Below, piece by piece: positions 36,714 to 50,383 of a stretch of 64,000 nt of DNA. Source of the DNA: Callorhinchus milii (Eukaryota); contig NW_024704742.1 in the NCBI RefSeq assembly GCF_018977255.1, positions 7,442,001 to 7,506,000 of the forward strand, read 5' to 3'. Below the pieces are notes generated by a model. That model worked only from the letters and a program-made list of their open reading frames with translations. It made no database searches and had not been told where the DNA came from. The translations under genes were made by a program, and so were the position numbers. Position 1 is the first letter of the stretch, and each line of letters begins with the position of its first letter.

Positions 36714-39700
36714 TGAGGGCAACGTAGGTATTGGGATTTTATTTCTGCGCTTCCATTGATCTTTAAACATGATCAAAAGTCTAGAAACCCACAAATGTTT
36801 TATGCTTGAGAAAAGCAATTTAAAATTATAATAAATTCATTGGTTCCTTGGCTACACTGTGCATTTCTATGGTTCTATAATATATCAGGAAGGGGAAATC
36901 TGGTTATTTTCCTCTTGCCCTGAAATACGAAGACAAATTGAATACTCTGGTTGGGATCATCTGGGATCAAATCTGGACCTTTGCAGGTCTGTATAGCTCA
37001 ACTACAAACACAGCAACATATTCATTACAGCATCTCATTTTTACTTTTTGAGGTGAATCTCTCTCGCAGGGGGTCTTGTCTTGAAGTGGGGCGGGTGGGG
37101 GGTGGGGGGACTGGGGAGATGAGGACAAAAGCTGCACAGAATTTTACAATATTTCTTAAGGAACGATATAGTTAATTCACTTTACAATGTATTCTGTGAA
37201 GCACTTTGAGCTGTATCAAATGCAAGGATTATTATTATTATTATTATTATTATTAGTTACAATATCCAGTAAGGAGATTCTTCCCATGCCTGCATATCAC
37301 CTCATTTGAAGCAAACTCCACTTTAAAAAAAAACATTCCAGTGAGTCAGCTTTGGGGAATCTGAAATTTCTTAATTAAGCATTCAGGAAGGAAGAGATCA
37401 AATGAGTCAACCTTCTTCATCTGTACCTCTCTGTGTCACAATTTCCTTCAGGTTCTAAATTGTGATTTTGTGCAGTGTTGAAGCAGTTAAGTATCTGTCA
37501 GTATTATACCTTGAATTGCATCATTTACCCTGTATCAACCCAAGGAAATGTGTGAGTCTTGTTCAACGCTATCATCAATTTTAAGCAGTTTACCTGCTCT
37601 CAATGACTTAGGTTTGTCATTCTGAAGTAAAGCCGCTAGATGGAGGCAGAATGCCATGTTAGGACAGGCTGAATGGCCTGAAACTAACAAGAGTGATTGA
37701 TGGCCCCACTCACAAGCAAATAAGTCTCAAACCTAGATTCTTGTGGGTAATAGTAATAATAATAATCCTTGCATTGGATATAGCGCCTTATCACGTCTTT
37801 GGGACATCTCAAGACGCTTCACAGAACGTATAGGTGGGATGTTGATGGTTATGGAAACAGTAACAGCTCCAATCGGGCTTCAGGAAGAGAGCATACGTAG
37901 GGGGAATGTCTTTGGAAAATGGTTATGGGATCAACGGTTAATCCTTGTTGGATGGACATGCTTGTGAGAAGAATAGCCTTGAATGGATTAAACAGACTTT
38001 ACATGTTCTCTTAAGCTCTTACGATTTGAGGTCATGCTCAACCCCGATGTCCTGGGTTTGTTGTAACATGGTTCCTCGTACTTTTGTTTGAGGACAGACG
38101 CACTGATCTGCACTTGGCTGCTGAACCTCTCAAAGGATGGAATTGTTCTGGCGCTTTTGGCAAAGGAAGCGGGCCCCAAACTGACCGACGGAGTAAGTCC
38201 ACAGTCACTGCACTGTGTGCGTAACGTGAAACCATGTGTTAGCATTTGCTTCCATTTGCACTTCGTCCAACAAAGGGGGCAGTGTAAATAATAATAATAA
38301 AAGTAATCCTTGCATTTGATATAGCGCCTTATCACGTCTTCGAGATTATTATTGTTACAGCGGATTCTGTGAAGCGCTTTGAGACGTTTCAAAGATGTGA
38401 TACTGCGCTATATCAAACCAAGGATTATTATAAATCCTTTTAACCATTCCTTACAATTTAGAACCTGAAGGAAATTGTGACACAGATCTGACAACGTTCA
38501 AATGGAGCAGAGTCTGTCGGATCTCCCTCAGATGACGAGGAAAATAATAATACGTTATTGCTGCTGTAAAGTGAAGTGACTGCGTTTTGTGGCGATTGTG
38601 AACAGTGACAGACTGCACGAAAAAAAAATCCAAGATGATAACTTTATCCAAGAGAAGCAAATGAGCAAGATAAAGCTGTGCGATTACGTACATCGCTAAA
38701 GAGGAGAATGATTTATTCTAATGGTGAATATAATTTAAAAACTGAGCTTGCCTAGTAAGAGACAAGCTGTTTAAACACAGACGCAATTACACGGGAGGGG
38801 ACTATCACACTGGGCATTGTCAATAAAATAGTGGAGCTGTGCTGTGCTTTAATTAAATGTTTGCTGTAAGGCTGGTGTTTTATAACTGGGAGAGTTTAGT
38901 TAAAATGCATGTCACAGCTGGTAGCATTTGCACCGAGCCTTACCAACATCCTTTGTTGAGACAGCCAAGGTTTGGAGTTTAGATACACAAAATGGGGTCC
39001 GTTTGCTGAAGTGCCTCTGCTCCCTTTTTTACACAACGGAGTCTTCTGTGCTTTTGATTTCTCTATCAAATGGTTTTGCTGCGTGAGGAACATGTGAGTG
39101 TTAGGGTTGCGACGCTCATTGGGACAAGGCCGATTGCAGGTCTTTTAAATTCTTAAAAAAAGCACATCGTGACGAAGATAACCGACTCTGCATTGGGAAT
39201 GATGTCAGCCTGGTTCGGTTGGTCATTCACTTTATGGCTGTTTGTGAAACAGAGCTTTGCGCAAATTGGCTGCTGCATTCGCCCACAATGTACGCAGTCA
39301 TTTTGCTCAAAATTCACTGTTTATTCCGCCCACCCGTGATAAGTAACATGCTGTATGTGGAATAGCATGTGAAATTCGTGCAGTACGGTTGGGGATAGCT
39401 CCCAGTATGTCTGCTGTAAAATGCTTTGCTTCGATGCTCAAGTAGACCTGAAAGCTCTCAAAGTTTTAGCCCGCAAGGCTCCATCGCAGAGTCCCACCAC
39501 CTCCCGCTTTGACCTCAACCCATCTTGACCCCAGCCCGCAGCTTGGGTGCAAAACCCTGACTGTCCAGTGCCTTGGGACGTCCTAAACGACGTAAAAGGC
39601 GCCATATACGTGCAATGTGTTGCTATTGTTATCATCCGAAAGAAGGTACCTCTGACCATGCAGCATACACCCAGCACCGCATTGGAGTGTCAGCCTGAAC

Positions 39701-41399
39701 CATAGGAATTCAGAGTTCCGGCACGTGGCTTGAACTCACAACATTATAAAGGAATACAATCAGAAACACCACAATTCAGCCCCTAATACACTAGTCGCGT
39801 AGACTATACCAGAGTGCTATCTCACGCATTGAACTCATTAATCTTTCTAAACCACGATGATGTCAAGAGCCCTCATTCTTCAAGCAGAGTGCATTCAAAA
39901 ATCGGCTGAAACAAACAAAACAAAAAGGATGCGCTCGTAATTCTCTGTAGCTTTTTGATTTTAACAGAGGTTCTGAAGATGAGGCTCTCCCTCTCTCTCT
40001 TTAATCTCATCCCCAGGAAACTCGGGTTATAAATGGTTCAGAAACCAGCTGCCTCTGCTCTGCTTCGACCCACACCCCAGCGCTACTTTACATAAGCTTC
40101 ACTCTTTATTTTGCCATGTTAGCAAGGATCCGAGAGCTCTCAGAATCCGTTCTAACGCTTCATGTTGAGTTCCATAGCACAAACACAGTTTCGTTTCAAT
40201 TATTTATTCAGTGCAGCATACGTACTTGAAAGGATTTTCTCCCAGAGTCTTAATCAACAATGTTGGTCATTCACTTCATGTTTGTTTGTGAGACGTTGCT
40301 GTGCACAAATTGGCTGCTGCGTTTACTACGAATACACAGTCACTGCATTAGTAAAAATCTGTGAAGCGCTTCAAGATGTCTTTCCAACATGATTGGGTAC
40401 TATATCAAACGTAAGTATACTGACTGCTTAAGGAGGAAGAGAAGCAATTTAAAGAAAATCGATAACCACTAATTTATTATTTTCTCTCCAAATTAATAAT
40501 GTTTTACAAGGGGTTGTTTGAACTGATATCAAAGGCTGTACTTTGAAGGGTGAGAGTCCATTGAAATTATGGAAATTGTGCATCAAATGTGAATTTAATT
40601 TTAAAAATGATTAATCTCGTGGCGTCAGGAAGCTCACACACCAGTATAACAGAGTGAGTCATTTTGTGGTGACTAAATGCTCCTTCAATAAAGAATCTCC
40701 TTTGTTTGATCGTTTGTGTGTTTCAGAGATGTTGTTGAAGGGGATGAGTGCAGTGTATCAGACCACTGACTCTTTCACCTCTGGACGGTAGGTTTAAATC
40801 CAGGGCAGACTGACCGGATGGCAATCTCCTCTTGTCTGTGGCTGTAAGGCAGGGTGAGCATATATCCCCTGGCCAGATGTGCCCTGTCTTGAGTTCGGCA
40901 ACAAACTGGGCAAGAACAATAATATTCTAAAACAGGTACACTCATCAGAGAAAGGAATGCAGCCATTAATCCAGCAAGCTTCTCCAGGACTGCCAGCATC
41001 AGAATTGCGGTGAATTCAATTTTTTTATATGCGTCTCCGGATTTATTTACAAAACATTACAAAACTCGTGCATGGGTCTTCAATAAAATTTACACACCCA
41101 GTGTACCTAGTGATCTACATCTTTGACTGTACTAATCGTCACCTCACCCTTCACCCCCTCTCCCCGCTAGCTGTCCAACCCCACCACCGTAACGCACACC
41201 AAAACTATGTGAAGGGCGTTGTATAAATGCAAGCTCAAGGGAGTCCTTATTGGGTTAAAGCACAGGGGTCTTCACTGTGCATCTAACTGTACTTTACCTA
41301 ATTACCTAAGACTTAAAAGTGTGCGTTTCTCACCAGTAACATTTTGCCACTCGATGAGTTCATTTTAAAGCCAGATACAGGCAAATAGTTAGATATTAA

Positions 41400-41787
41400 A
41401 AATAATAATAATAATCCTTGCATTTGATATAGAGCCTCATCACATCTTCAAGACATCTCAAATTGCTTCACAGAATATACTGTAAAGTGAATTGACTGAA
41501 TATTTTGTGGGCGAAAGGTGGCAGCCAATTGCATACAGCAGTGTCCCACAAACAGTCGTGGATTGAGTGTCTAAATTATTATTATTTTTCAATTTTTTTT
41601 TGAAGGAATTATTACCCCTGGAAAAGAAATCCGCCAATTGACTAACAACTGGATTCCTACTTACTGCTGGGTAAACACAGGCATGAGGAGTAAGGAAACT
41701 TGCCCAATGTTTCACTCTGCCGGGAATCAAACCCAGATCTCTCGCCTGCGAGACGAGAGCTCTAACCACTGAGCTACAGGACTTCCA
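41400..41787 (-). mobile_element. tRNA-SINE long form, full length
   Basis: All modules are present. Confidence 0.94.
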
Positions 41788-42845
41788 CGAATTAAAAAAT
41801 AAAGTTAATAAAGAGAAACGAGAGATAACAGGGGGCAAGAAAGGAGAATGATAGAAAAGGGAGGTTAGCGAGTATAAGTAAAGGTTTAAAAATATTTGAT
41901 TTTTTATTCTTGTAAACTGTTTTTGTATTTATTTTAGATGGTTAGCTCTTGCGGTGTTATTCCTACTGCTTCGACTGTCCTCAAACAGACAAGAACTCCT
42001 TTCTGCTCATGACAGATGTGGCAAAAAAATCCCGAGTCTACTTTCAAACCAGTAGGCCCGCGATCAGTCATTATCAGCCCCACAGACACTAGTGATTGTA
42101 CAGGTCCTGCTAGTTCACCTGCAGGATGTGGACAAGATTGAACAATCACAGAGGTACAAAGGCAAACGTTCATCTCCTTTGCCATCAGCACATAAAGAGG
42201 CTTAGGTATTCAAATGTTTGCACATTTATCACCGCACACTCTCCTCCTCTCTCTGATCTGTAAATCCCAAACTCTTGGGCTTTCAGACCAGAAGAACACT
42301 AAGTGTGAGTGAAATGCCCAAGGCTACGTTCGGTTTTTTTTCAGTCATTGACTAAAGGTGAGGAGAAAGAATCTTCTCCGTTGGTTAATTCAGGACAGAC
42401 GTGCTTACTCAACTTACTGTCAGCTCTTTGAAGCTACCCACGGATACCTTTAGGTCATCCATGCAGCAGCGCAACAGGGAACGGCATTAGCACGTCAAAG
42501 AACGCACTCTACTTTCACTGGGAGGTCTGCATTCAAAGTTGTGTGTTCAATGGCGTGTGGCCAAGTAACTGCGAATTACCTGCTGTTGCTCCAGATGTAC
42601 CATTCCTATAAAAGCATACAATTTCATAGGTATTTAACATTGTCCCAACATCTAATGCGAATTAAAGTGAATGCTGGCTTTGTTCCTACAATCAATAAGG
42701 CATTAGTGCACTGATCACCAAATTACTTACATGAAGTTCATATTTGGCGAGGCCCTCCAGACCGATGGTGAGCAGCGAAGGTGCAAATTGCTGCTTGAAA
42801 CAGTCCAGTGTCATCACAGCATTGGCATGAGTTCACACAAGGTAC

Positions 42846-43035
42846 ATAATAATAACAGTAATAATCTTTGCATTTGATGTAGCGCCTTATCTTGTCTTCG
42901 AGACGTCTCAAAGCGCTTCACAGAATAGACTGTAAAGTGAATCGACTGCATATTTTGTGGACGAAATGCAGCAGCCAATTGCGCTCAGCAGTGTCCCACA
43001 AACAGTCGTCGATTGAAGTGACTAATTTATTATTA
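42846..43035 (-). mobile_element. SINE 3' half
   Basis: Tail and body match the family. Confidence 0.88.
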
Positions 43036-43404
43036 GTAGTAATACATTTGAAGGAACCGCGAGTCAGTTCTCAAGACAAGGTCCAATCTGACTTGTAACT
43101 CTATAACTTATCTACCGAAGGGATGTTCATTGCAGGAACATGTCTTCCAAACACAGCTCGGAATTTCAGAAGTCGGTGTATTGTCAGATTCCTGATCCCA
43201 CCTTAAGTGTTACAATCTTCAGTCTATAGATTGTAGTGTGACATTGAGCTGGCACATCAAGTACTGTTCCGTAAAAATTTAGTAAAGGCACCCAGTTGGC
43301 ATAGTAATGAAAAATAAGAGCAAAATCTATTCAGTTTGCAATAGAGATATCAAATGTCTATCAGCAAATCTTGGCAGATTCCAGGTTACTGCTATCGGGG
43401 TAGT

Positions 43405-44300
43405 TTGGATGGGTTAGATCTTTTTTCGCTAGACAAGAGATGTTTAACAGGGAGGATCTAATCAAAGTGTTTAAAATTGATTATGGTTAACAAAAATAGG
43501 CTGTTTCCACTGGCTGGAGAGTTGGCAACCAGAGACATAAATATACGATAGTGACCAGGGGATCTGATAGAGAAGTTGGGAGGAACTGCTTCATGCAGAG
43601 GGTAATGGGATTGTGGAACTCGCATCCCGAAGCGGTGGTTGAATCAGATGGTATAGATACAACAACAACAACAACTTGGATTTACAGAGCGCCCTCCACG
43701 ACGGACAGTGTCTCAGAGCGCTTCACAGTAACGGATCCCGGGACCGAGCCAGGGGGAGGGGGAGGAAGGTGACCAAAGGCGCTTTTGAAAAGAAAGGTCT
43801 TCAGCCGAGACCTGAAAGTAGGAAAAGAGGGGCGTTATGAAGGGAGTGAGGAAGGGAGTTCCTGAGCCTCAGGGCATAGTGGCTGAAGGCACGGCCATGA
43901 TGTTGCAGCGGAGGATTCGGGGGACAAGGAGGAGGCCAGACCCGGTGCAGCGAAGGCAACGGGCACTGTTGTGAGGAGAGAGGAGGTCAGAGAGGTCGGG
44001 GGGTGCAGAGGAGTGGAGGGATTTGAAGGCAAGAGTGAGGATCTTGAAGTCGATCCTCTCTGGGACAGGCAGCCAGTGCAGTCTGGCGAGGACTGGGGTA
44101 ATTGGGGAGCGGAGTTTGGTGCGGGTAAGAATGCGGGCGGCAGAGTTTGGGATAACCTGATAGACTTTCACGTGAGGGAGGAGGGGAATAGATGGATTTT
44201 GTAAGGAGTAAGGAATAGGGGTAGATCTGTATGGGGTACGGACAGCAGCACGGACTGTTTGGTTCGATTGGCCCGTTTCTACACCATCATCGTGTGTCCT
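43405..44300. mobile_element. Degenerate CR1 3' region (+) with a nested L2 (-, 43659-44165)
   Basis: CR1: REVGRNCFMQRVMGLWNSHPEAVVES. L2: NSAARILTRTKLRSPITPVLARLHWLPVPERIDFKILTL. A CR1-like 3' UTR resumes at ~44200. Confidence 0.85.
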
Positions 44301-44789
44301 TTTACTCCGGACCACTGGATGGCATGGGAGAGCTAGCGAAATATTTGCTGGGAAGTGCTCAGGCATTTGAATAAAACAAAGTATATAACAAAGTACAGAT
44401 AGTGATTAAGAGCTTATTCAGTTTTCACTTAGAAATGTTCAGGAAGGTAATCAGGTATTGCTACTTTGCTGCTGTCATTCATAAGATCACAAGATTGATT
44501 TCGATGAAGAATTCCCTTCGGCCCAGTTGATCTCACCCTTTCACAATAATGATCCTTACTTACATTTGATATAACTGCTTAACATTTCGTCATGGTGTCT
44601 CAAACCGCTTCATGGGAAATAGTGGAATGTGTAGTGACTGTGTGTTTTTGTGGGTGAATGTAGCAGACAATTTGCGCACAGCAATGTTTCAGAAACCGCC
44701 ATGAACTAAAATGATCACATTTATTTTTATTTGGTGGGGTTGCCAGTCAATACACTAGGAGAATCTACCTACTTTTTGCAAATAGCGCC

Positions 44790-44982
44790 GTTTCTCAAGA
44801 CTCTTCTCTTTGACCACACCTTTGGTCACCCTCCTACCCCTACCCTCCTTGCCCTGACCACTACCTCTCCTGATCCCAACCTCTTGCTTGGGTCCAAATC
44901 CCTGACTGTCTTTGTGCCTTGGGGACATCCTCCTCCTGACGTGAAAAGTGCCTTACAAATGCAATTTGTTGTTGCTGTTGCT
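44790..44982 (+). mobile_element. L2 3' end
   Basis: ctcaagactcttctctttgacc...gacgtgaaaagtgccttacaaatgcaatttgttgttg. Confidence 0.88.
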
Positions 44983-45837
44983 GCCATGAGATCTTCAATG
45001 TCAACCTGATTTTTTGGGGTGTTGGACAGGTGTTTGACATGTGGAAATACGTCACCATATTTAAGAGAATATGCACAACGACAACAACAATTTGAATTTA
45101 CATAGCGCCTCTCACGCAAGGTGAGGTCCCAGGACAAATTAAAACCAGGCTGAGAGTTCCAGGCTTAAACCGAGTTGAGAATTCCAACTACATAGCGAAA
45201 TTCCCATGGACAAAATGGAACGCACGCTCTCTTGCCAAAATTAACCTGCTTACCGATTCTGGAGACTATCAAGCTCAGACCGGCGAGAGTCAAAGCTTGG
45301 AACCCCAAAGGTATGTTGGGGTGCTGCTGGTGTCGAACCAGCTAAAACCACATGGTTTTCCGTTAAAAGCAGCGTCTGGCAAGCTTGCCGCTCTCTCTCC
45401 AGCTAGGACCAACCTATTTATCGGTGCTTTGGCTTGCAGGATTAATGGGAGCTGAGTGTCGAGACTCCACCGGGAGGAAACACTGTCCACCTGAATAGAT
45501 AGACTGGACTTCGGTTGAACCTCTCATCCGAAAGATAACACCACTAGCAATGCAGCACGTGGTCAGGCACTTTCCAGTACCAAAAGCAAAGATTATTTTA
45601 TTATTCTTGTTCTGAGTTTTTTTTGGACTCATTTCAAATTGTACACAGCTGTCAAATGCACAAATTATTTCGAATGCCTTCTCTCGAAACTGAATATCCA
45701 CAGTCTGTCTGCACTAGGGATCATTCTTGTTCTTATTCTCTGCCCAAATAATATAATAATAATAATAATTATTCTTGCATTTGATATAGCACATTATCAT
45801 TGCGCACAGCAGTGTCCCACAAACAGTCGTGGACTGA

Positions 45838-46406
45838 GTGATGCAGCTGAATCCCTTGTACATACACTTGTCATCTCCCGATTGGATTACTTCAACGCAC
45901 TCCTCGCCGGTCTCCCCAGCTCCACCATTCACAAGATCCAACTCATTCAGAACTCTGCCGCCCACATACTGACCCGGACCAAACTCCACACGCTCATCTT
46001 ACCAGTTCTGGCCCAGGCTCCACTGGCTCCTCATCACTGAACGGATCGACTTCAAGATCCTCTCACACTCGTGTTCAAATCCATTCACTCCCTGGCGCGT
46101 CCTTCCCTCTTCGACCTCCTCACTCCCCAATCCACCACCGCTCGACTGATATGGGCCTCCTGCTCGTCCCTTGCACCCTCCGCCCCACCATCAGAGGTCG
46201 TGCTTTCAGCCTCTACACCCTGAAACTCTGGAACGCTCTCCCTCACTCCCTCCGCCTTGTGCCTTCTCTCCCCTCTTTCAAGTCCTGCCCGAAAACCTTC
46301 CTCTCCACAGCCAACTCCCCCCACCCACCCCTCAACCCAGCTCGGAGTCAGGCTCCACCACTGTTAGGTGCTCTGAGACGCTACCCTGCATGGAGGGCAT
46401 TGCAAA
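45838..46406 (+). mobile_element. L2 3' fragment (preceded by a SINE piece 45755-45838, -)
   Basis: [48 protein letters not shown]; tail (ttg)n. Confidence 0.93.
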
Positions 46407-46554
46407 AGTGCAAGTTGTTGTTGTTGACCAAATTATTATTTATTATTATAAAAAAAATTCAGCTTTGGCTTTCACATCTCCTGTCCTATTCATGGAATAC
46501 ATATGTTCATATTCTTACTTGTATGTAGCACCTTGCATTTATCTGTATCAACTC

Positions 46555-48799
46555 ACGGGAGCCAACCTTTCCTCCCTCACTCACATCCCCGTCCAACCCG
46601 TCTGCGCACCCACTCCCACCCCTCATCCCCGCCACATTCTCACCACTCACTATCCCCTCCGCATTGGTCTGCAGAACGTCCGCTCATTAACCAACCAGTC
46701 CCTCACAATCCATGACCTCACCATTGAGGAAAATATCACCGAAACCTGGGTCACCCCAGGTGATACCTGCCGCTAGTCGAGGCCACACCTCAAGTTTACA
46801 CCTTTCACCAAACCCTAATCGCCATGGCTGTGGTGTGGCTCTCATCTCCCGGTCCCCCCTTGGACTTTCCCCTTACTCCTCCGGAACGTTCCCCTCCTTT
46901 GAACACCTTACCCTCTACCACCCCTCCAGGCTTTCCTTCAAAATCCTCCTTGTTTACCGTCCGCCCAAGCCATCCCCCACCTTCCTCTCGGACATCTCCA
47001 CCCTCCTATCTTCCCTCTCCCTCTGCTCTGAACGCCTTCTTATCTTAGGGGACTTCAACCTCCACTTCAACCCCTCCTGCTCTACCTCTGCTGACTTCTC
47101 TTCCCTTAACCTCTCCCTTCTCATTCACTACCCCACCAACGACCGTGGCCAACCCCTTGATCTGGTGATCACCCGGGGCCTCACCGGCTCGGACATAACC
47201 ATCGTCGATAAAGCCATCTTGGACCACCACTTCATCTCCCTCAACACCTCAGTACCCCTTCCCCTTTCCCCACCATCACATACCGTCCATAGAAAAAAAT
47301 TTCCTCCCTCTTCACTGCCCTGGAGTCATCTGAACTCCTGCACCTCTGGCCTTCACTGATCGATCTCCCCTCCTCACTCTCCTTTCTCCACAACTCCCTC
47401 TCCTCCATTCTGGACTCCCTTGCCCCCCTCACCTCCCAAACTGCCTCATACTCCTGTAAATCCCCCTGGTACACCAGCCATCTCCGTTCCCTCAAGGCAC
47501 AAGTGCGAGCTGCCGAACGCGCCTGGACCAAATCCAAACTAACGGTCCATCGGCAGATTTGGCTTCACCACACCAAGACCTACTGCTGCGCTCTTGCCTC
47601 TGCCAAATCCTTCTTCTACTCCAAGGTTATCTTGGGGCAAAGGACAACCACAGGCTTCTCTTTTCCACCACAAACCGGCTCCTCCGTCCACCTTCCCATA
47701 CCTCGCCCATCCTCTCCTCAAACTCCAACTGTGAGGAGATGCTGGACTTCCTCGAATCTAAAATTGAGGGGATACGTTCAGCAACCTCAGCCCCATCCAC
47801 AGCCACCCCCACATCACCTCTCCCTCATGACCCACACCCCACCCATCCCCCCTTATACTTCTTCGACCCTATCTCTCCCTCCTCCCTCACCACGACTGTC
47901 TGCAAACTCAAACCCACCACCTGCTCCCTCGATCCCATCCCCACCTCTCTCCTCATCTTTTAGCTCCTCCTTCTGGCCCCTTAACTGTCTGATGTCATCA
48001 ACCTCGCCTTGTCCACCAGTTCAGTTCCCACCCACTAAAAACAGCTGTCATCTACCCCATCTTGAAAAAACCTTCCCTAGATCCATCCCTCCTCTCCAGC
48101 TACCTCCCCATCTCTACCCTCCCATTCCTCTCCAAAGTCCTGGAACGAGTCATCGCGTCCCAGCTCCTCTCCTTTCTTTTGCGCCATTCCCTCTTTGAAC
48201 CCCTCCAATCCGGCTTCTGCGCTGCCCACAGCACGGAAACAGCCCTGGTCAAAGTCACTAATAACATTCTGAACATCTGTGATCAGGGCTCTCTCTGCCT
48301 CCTTGTCCTCCTCGAAACTCTCTGCCACCTTTGACACTGTCGACCACTCCCCCACTCTCACCCGACTCCACTGGTTCACTATCCTTCAGAGGATCCAATT
48401 CAAGATCCTGGTCCTCACATACAAAGCCCTCCATGGCCTCACCCCACCCTACCTCTGCGACTTCCTAACCCCCTACCAACCCGCCCGCTCCCTCCGCTCA
48501 GCTGACTCCGGCCTGCTCCACGTCCACCGACCTACCCGCCCCACCATTGGCGGGAGAGCCTTCATCCACAAAGTCCCGAACCTCTGGAATTCCATCCCCC
48601 AGTCACTCTGCCTCGCCCCCTCCTTAGCCTCCTTCAAGTCCCGCCTCAAGTCCCTCCTCTTTGGCCACCCCCCTTCCCCTTCCCTCCCTTCTCCCCCCTG
48701 ACCCCAGCTCGGGTCTGAAATGCTGTACACCGTCCAGAGCCTTGGGACGTCCTCCCGATGTGAAAGGCGCTATACAAATGTAATCTTGTTGTTGTTGTT
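46555..48799 (+). mobile_element. Longest L2: pseudogenised ORF2 with AP-endonuclease and RT N-part, internal deletion at ~48350, intact 3' end
   Basis: EN motifs GLQNVRSL, ITETW, GVALI, VYRPP, LGDFNLH, LDLVIT, LDHHFI; RT motifs SLDPIP, PISTLPFLSKVLE, QSGF..AHSTETAL, LSATFDTVDH; frameshifts and stops. Confidence 0.96.
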
Positions 48800-48879
48800 A
48801 AACTTCATTTGTCTGTTATCAGCCCATGCACGTACCTTATTAAGCTCCTTTTGTAGTCATACTTCGGATCAAGGTACCA

Positions 48880-49135
48880 CCTGCTTGTTCAGGTGAATGC
48901 TAAATTCCTGTGGTGCTATTCAAAAAGAAAAGAGAGCTTCTTCCAGTCTCCCGGCCAACAACCTTCCAAGATGAATCGATCATTTACCCCACTGCTGTTT
49001 GTGGGACTTTGCTGTGCGCAAATTGACCGCTGTGTTTGCCTACCAATGAATAATCACCAGAATAACAGCAATTGCCTGTGAAGCATTGGTGATGTTTCAG
49101 CATTATATGGCTGTATTAAAGGCAAGGATTATTAA
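48880..49135 (+). mobile_element. Degenerate Deu-domain SINE
   Basis: ctgcttgttcaggtgaatgctaaattcctgtggtgctattc...ggccaaca. Confidence 0.75.
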
Positions 49136-50031
49136 GTACTGGCAAGTAAATTTGGTATAATTTGTAGGTAAACATGGCAGCCGTTTGCATGAGCAAAGTC
49201 CTATAAACAGCCATGAGGTGAATGACCAATTAATCTGGAGGGCTGTTCACCAATAAACTCCTTTTTTGGCTCCAATAATGTCATGGGATCTTTAATATTA
49301 CAGATTCAAACATCTTGGCATCAGTATTTTTTGTCGTGTTGAATTAGTACTGGTGCTGTTCACTCATGTTCATAAACTGTGACCCTGCACAAGTCCCCGT
49401 GGCTAAAATGTACCCTAAATTAATACTGTTTTTAGTTTCAGAGGACAGATATTTAGTTCAAATGAAACAGTTTCACTATTGAGCCCTGGGAACAACTAGT
49501 GTTGGCACTGTACAACATTATGGGATTACCCACATAACAACAGCCCCTGGTCATCTTTCTGTCATCTTCAGTAATTTGTACATAAGAAGCCATTTAAAGT
49601 AAGCCGGTGCCTGCTGTTTTAGCTGTGCTAAGCCCCTCACGAGGGAGCCGAGAATGGATTCAATATTTTGAATCGGGGGGTATCATTAATCTCCTCTCAA
49701 TAGCACGAGGGAATGAATAAACGATTTCTCAGAAATTCTAAACGTTCTTGAACTTGGTAAACAGTTGCAAGCTATTGGTTAGACCTCCAAATTGAGTTAA
49801 TTTCAATGAATGTTCAATAATGTTTTGATTCCACATCTGATAGCAGGTTAATGAAAATACAAGCTAAGTGAATTATTGGGTGTTAGCTTTGGTAAACAGC
49901 TCTATTAAGAATGAATTGGCACAGTAGGGTGCACCTGGCACTGAATACATAGTGTGAAACAACAATCCCACAGTACCTACAATGGGCACAAGTGCATCAT
50001 TAGGACAGTTTATGTTTACTAACTATAAGAG

Positions 50032-50383
50032 GTTTTAGCACTCGCCTTGCAAGCGAGAGACCTGGGTTCGATTCCCAGCAGGATGAAATGCTGGGCAAGT
50101 TTCCTTACTCCACACGCCTCTGTTTACCTCGCAGTAAGTAGGAACCCAGTTGTTAGTCGATTGGCAGATCGCTTTGTTCCCAGGGGTAATAATTCCTTTT
50201 AAAAAAAATTGGTCACTCAATCCATGACTGTTTGTGGGACACTGCTGTGTGTAATTGGCTGCCGCGTTTGGCCCACAAATTACACAGTCAGTTCACTTTA
50301 CAGTATATTCTGTGAAGCGCTTCGAGACGTTGCGGAGACGTGATAAGGCACTATATCAAATGCAAGGATTATTATTATTATTA
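50032..50383 (+). mobile_element. tRNA-SINE long form (A box truncated)
   Basis: agcactcgccttgcaagcgagagacctgggttcgattccc through to (ATT)n. Confidence 0.94.

Noticed and set aside
41938..42153. Strong plus-strand acceptor followed by an exon-like segment
   Set aside because: Stops in all three frames and only a weak donor
46171..48701. Long ORFs (140-231 aa) as host genes
   Set aside because: Frameshifted L2 ORF2 pieces or off-frame reads of C-rich L2 sequence
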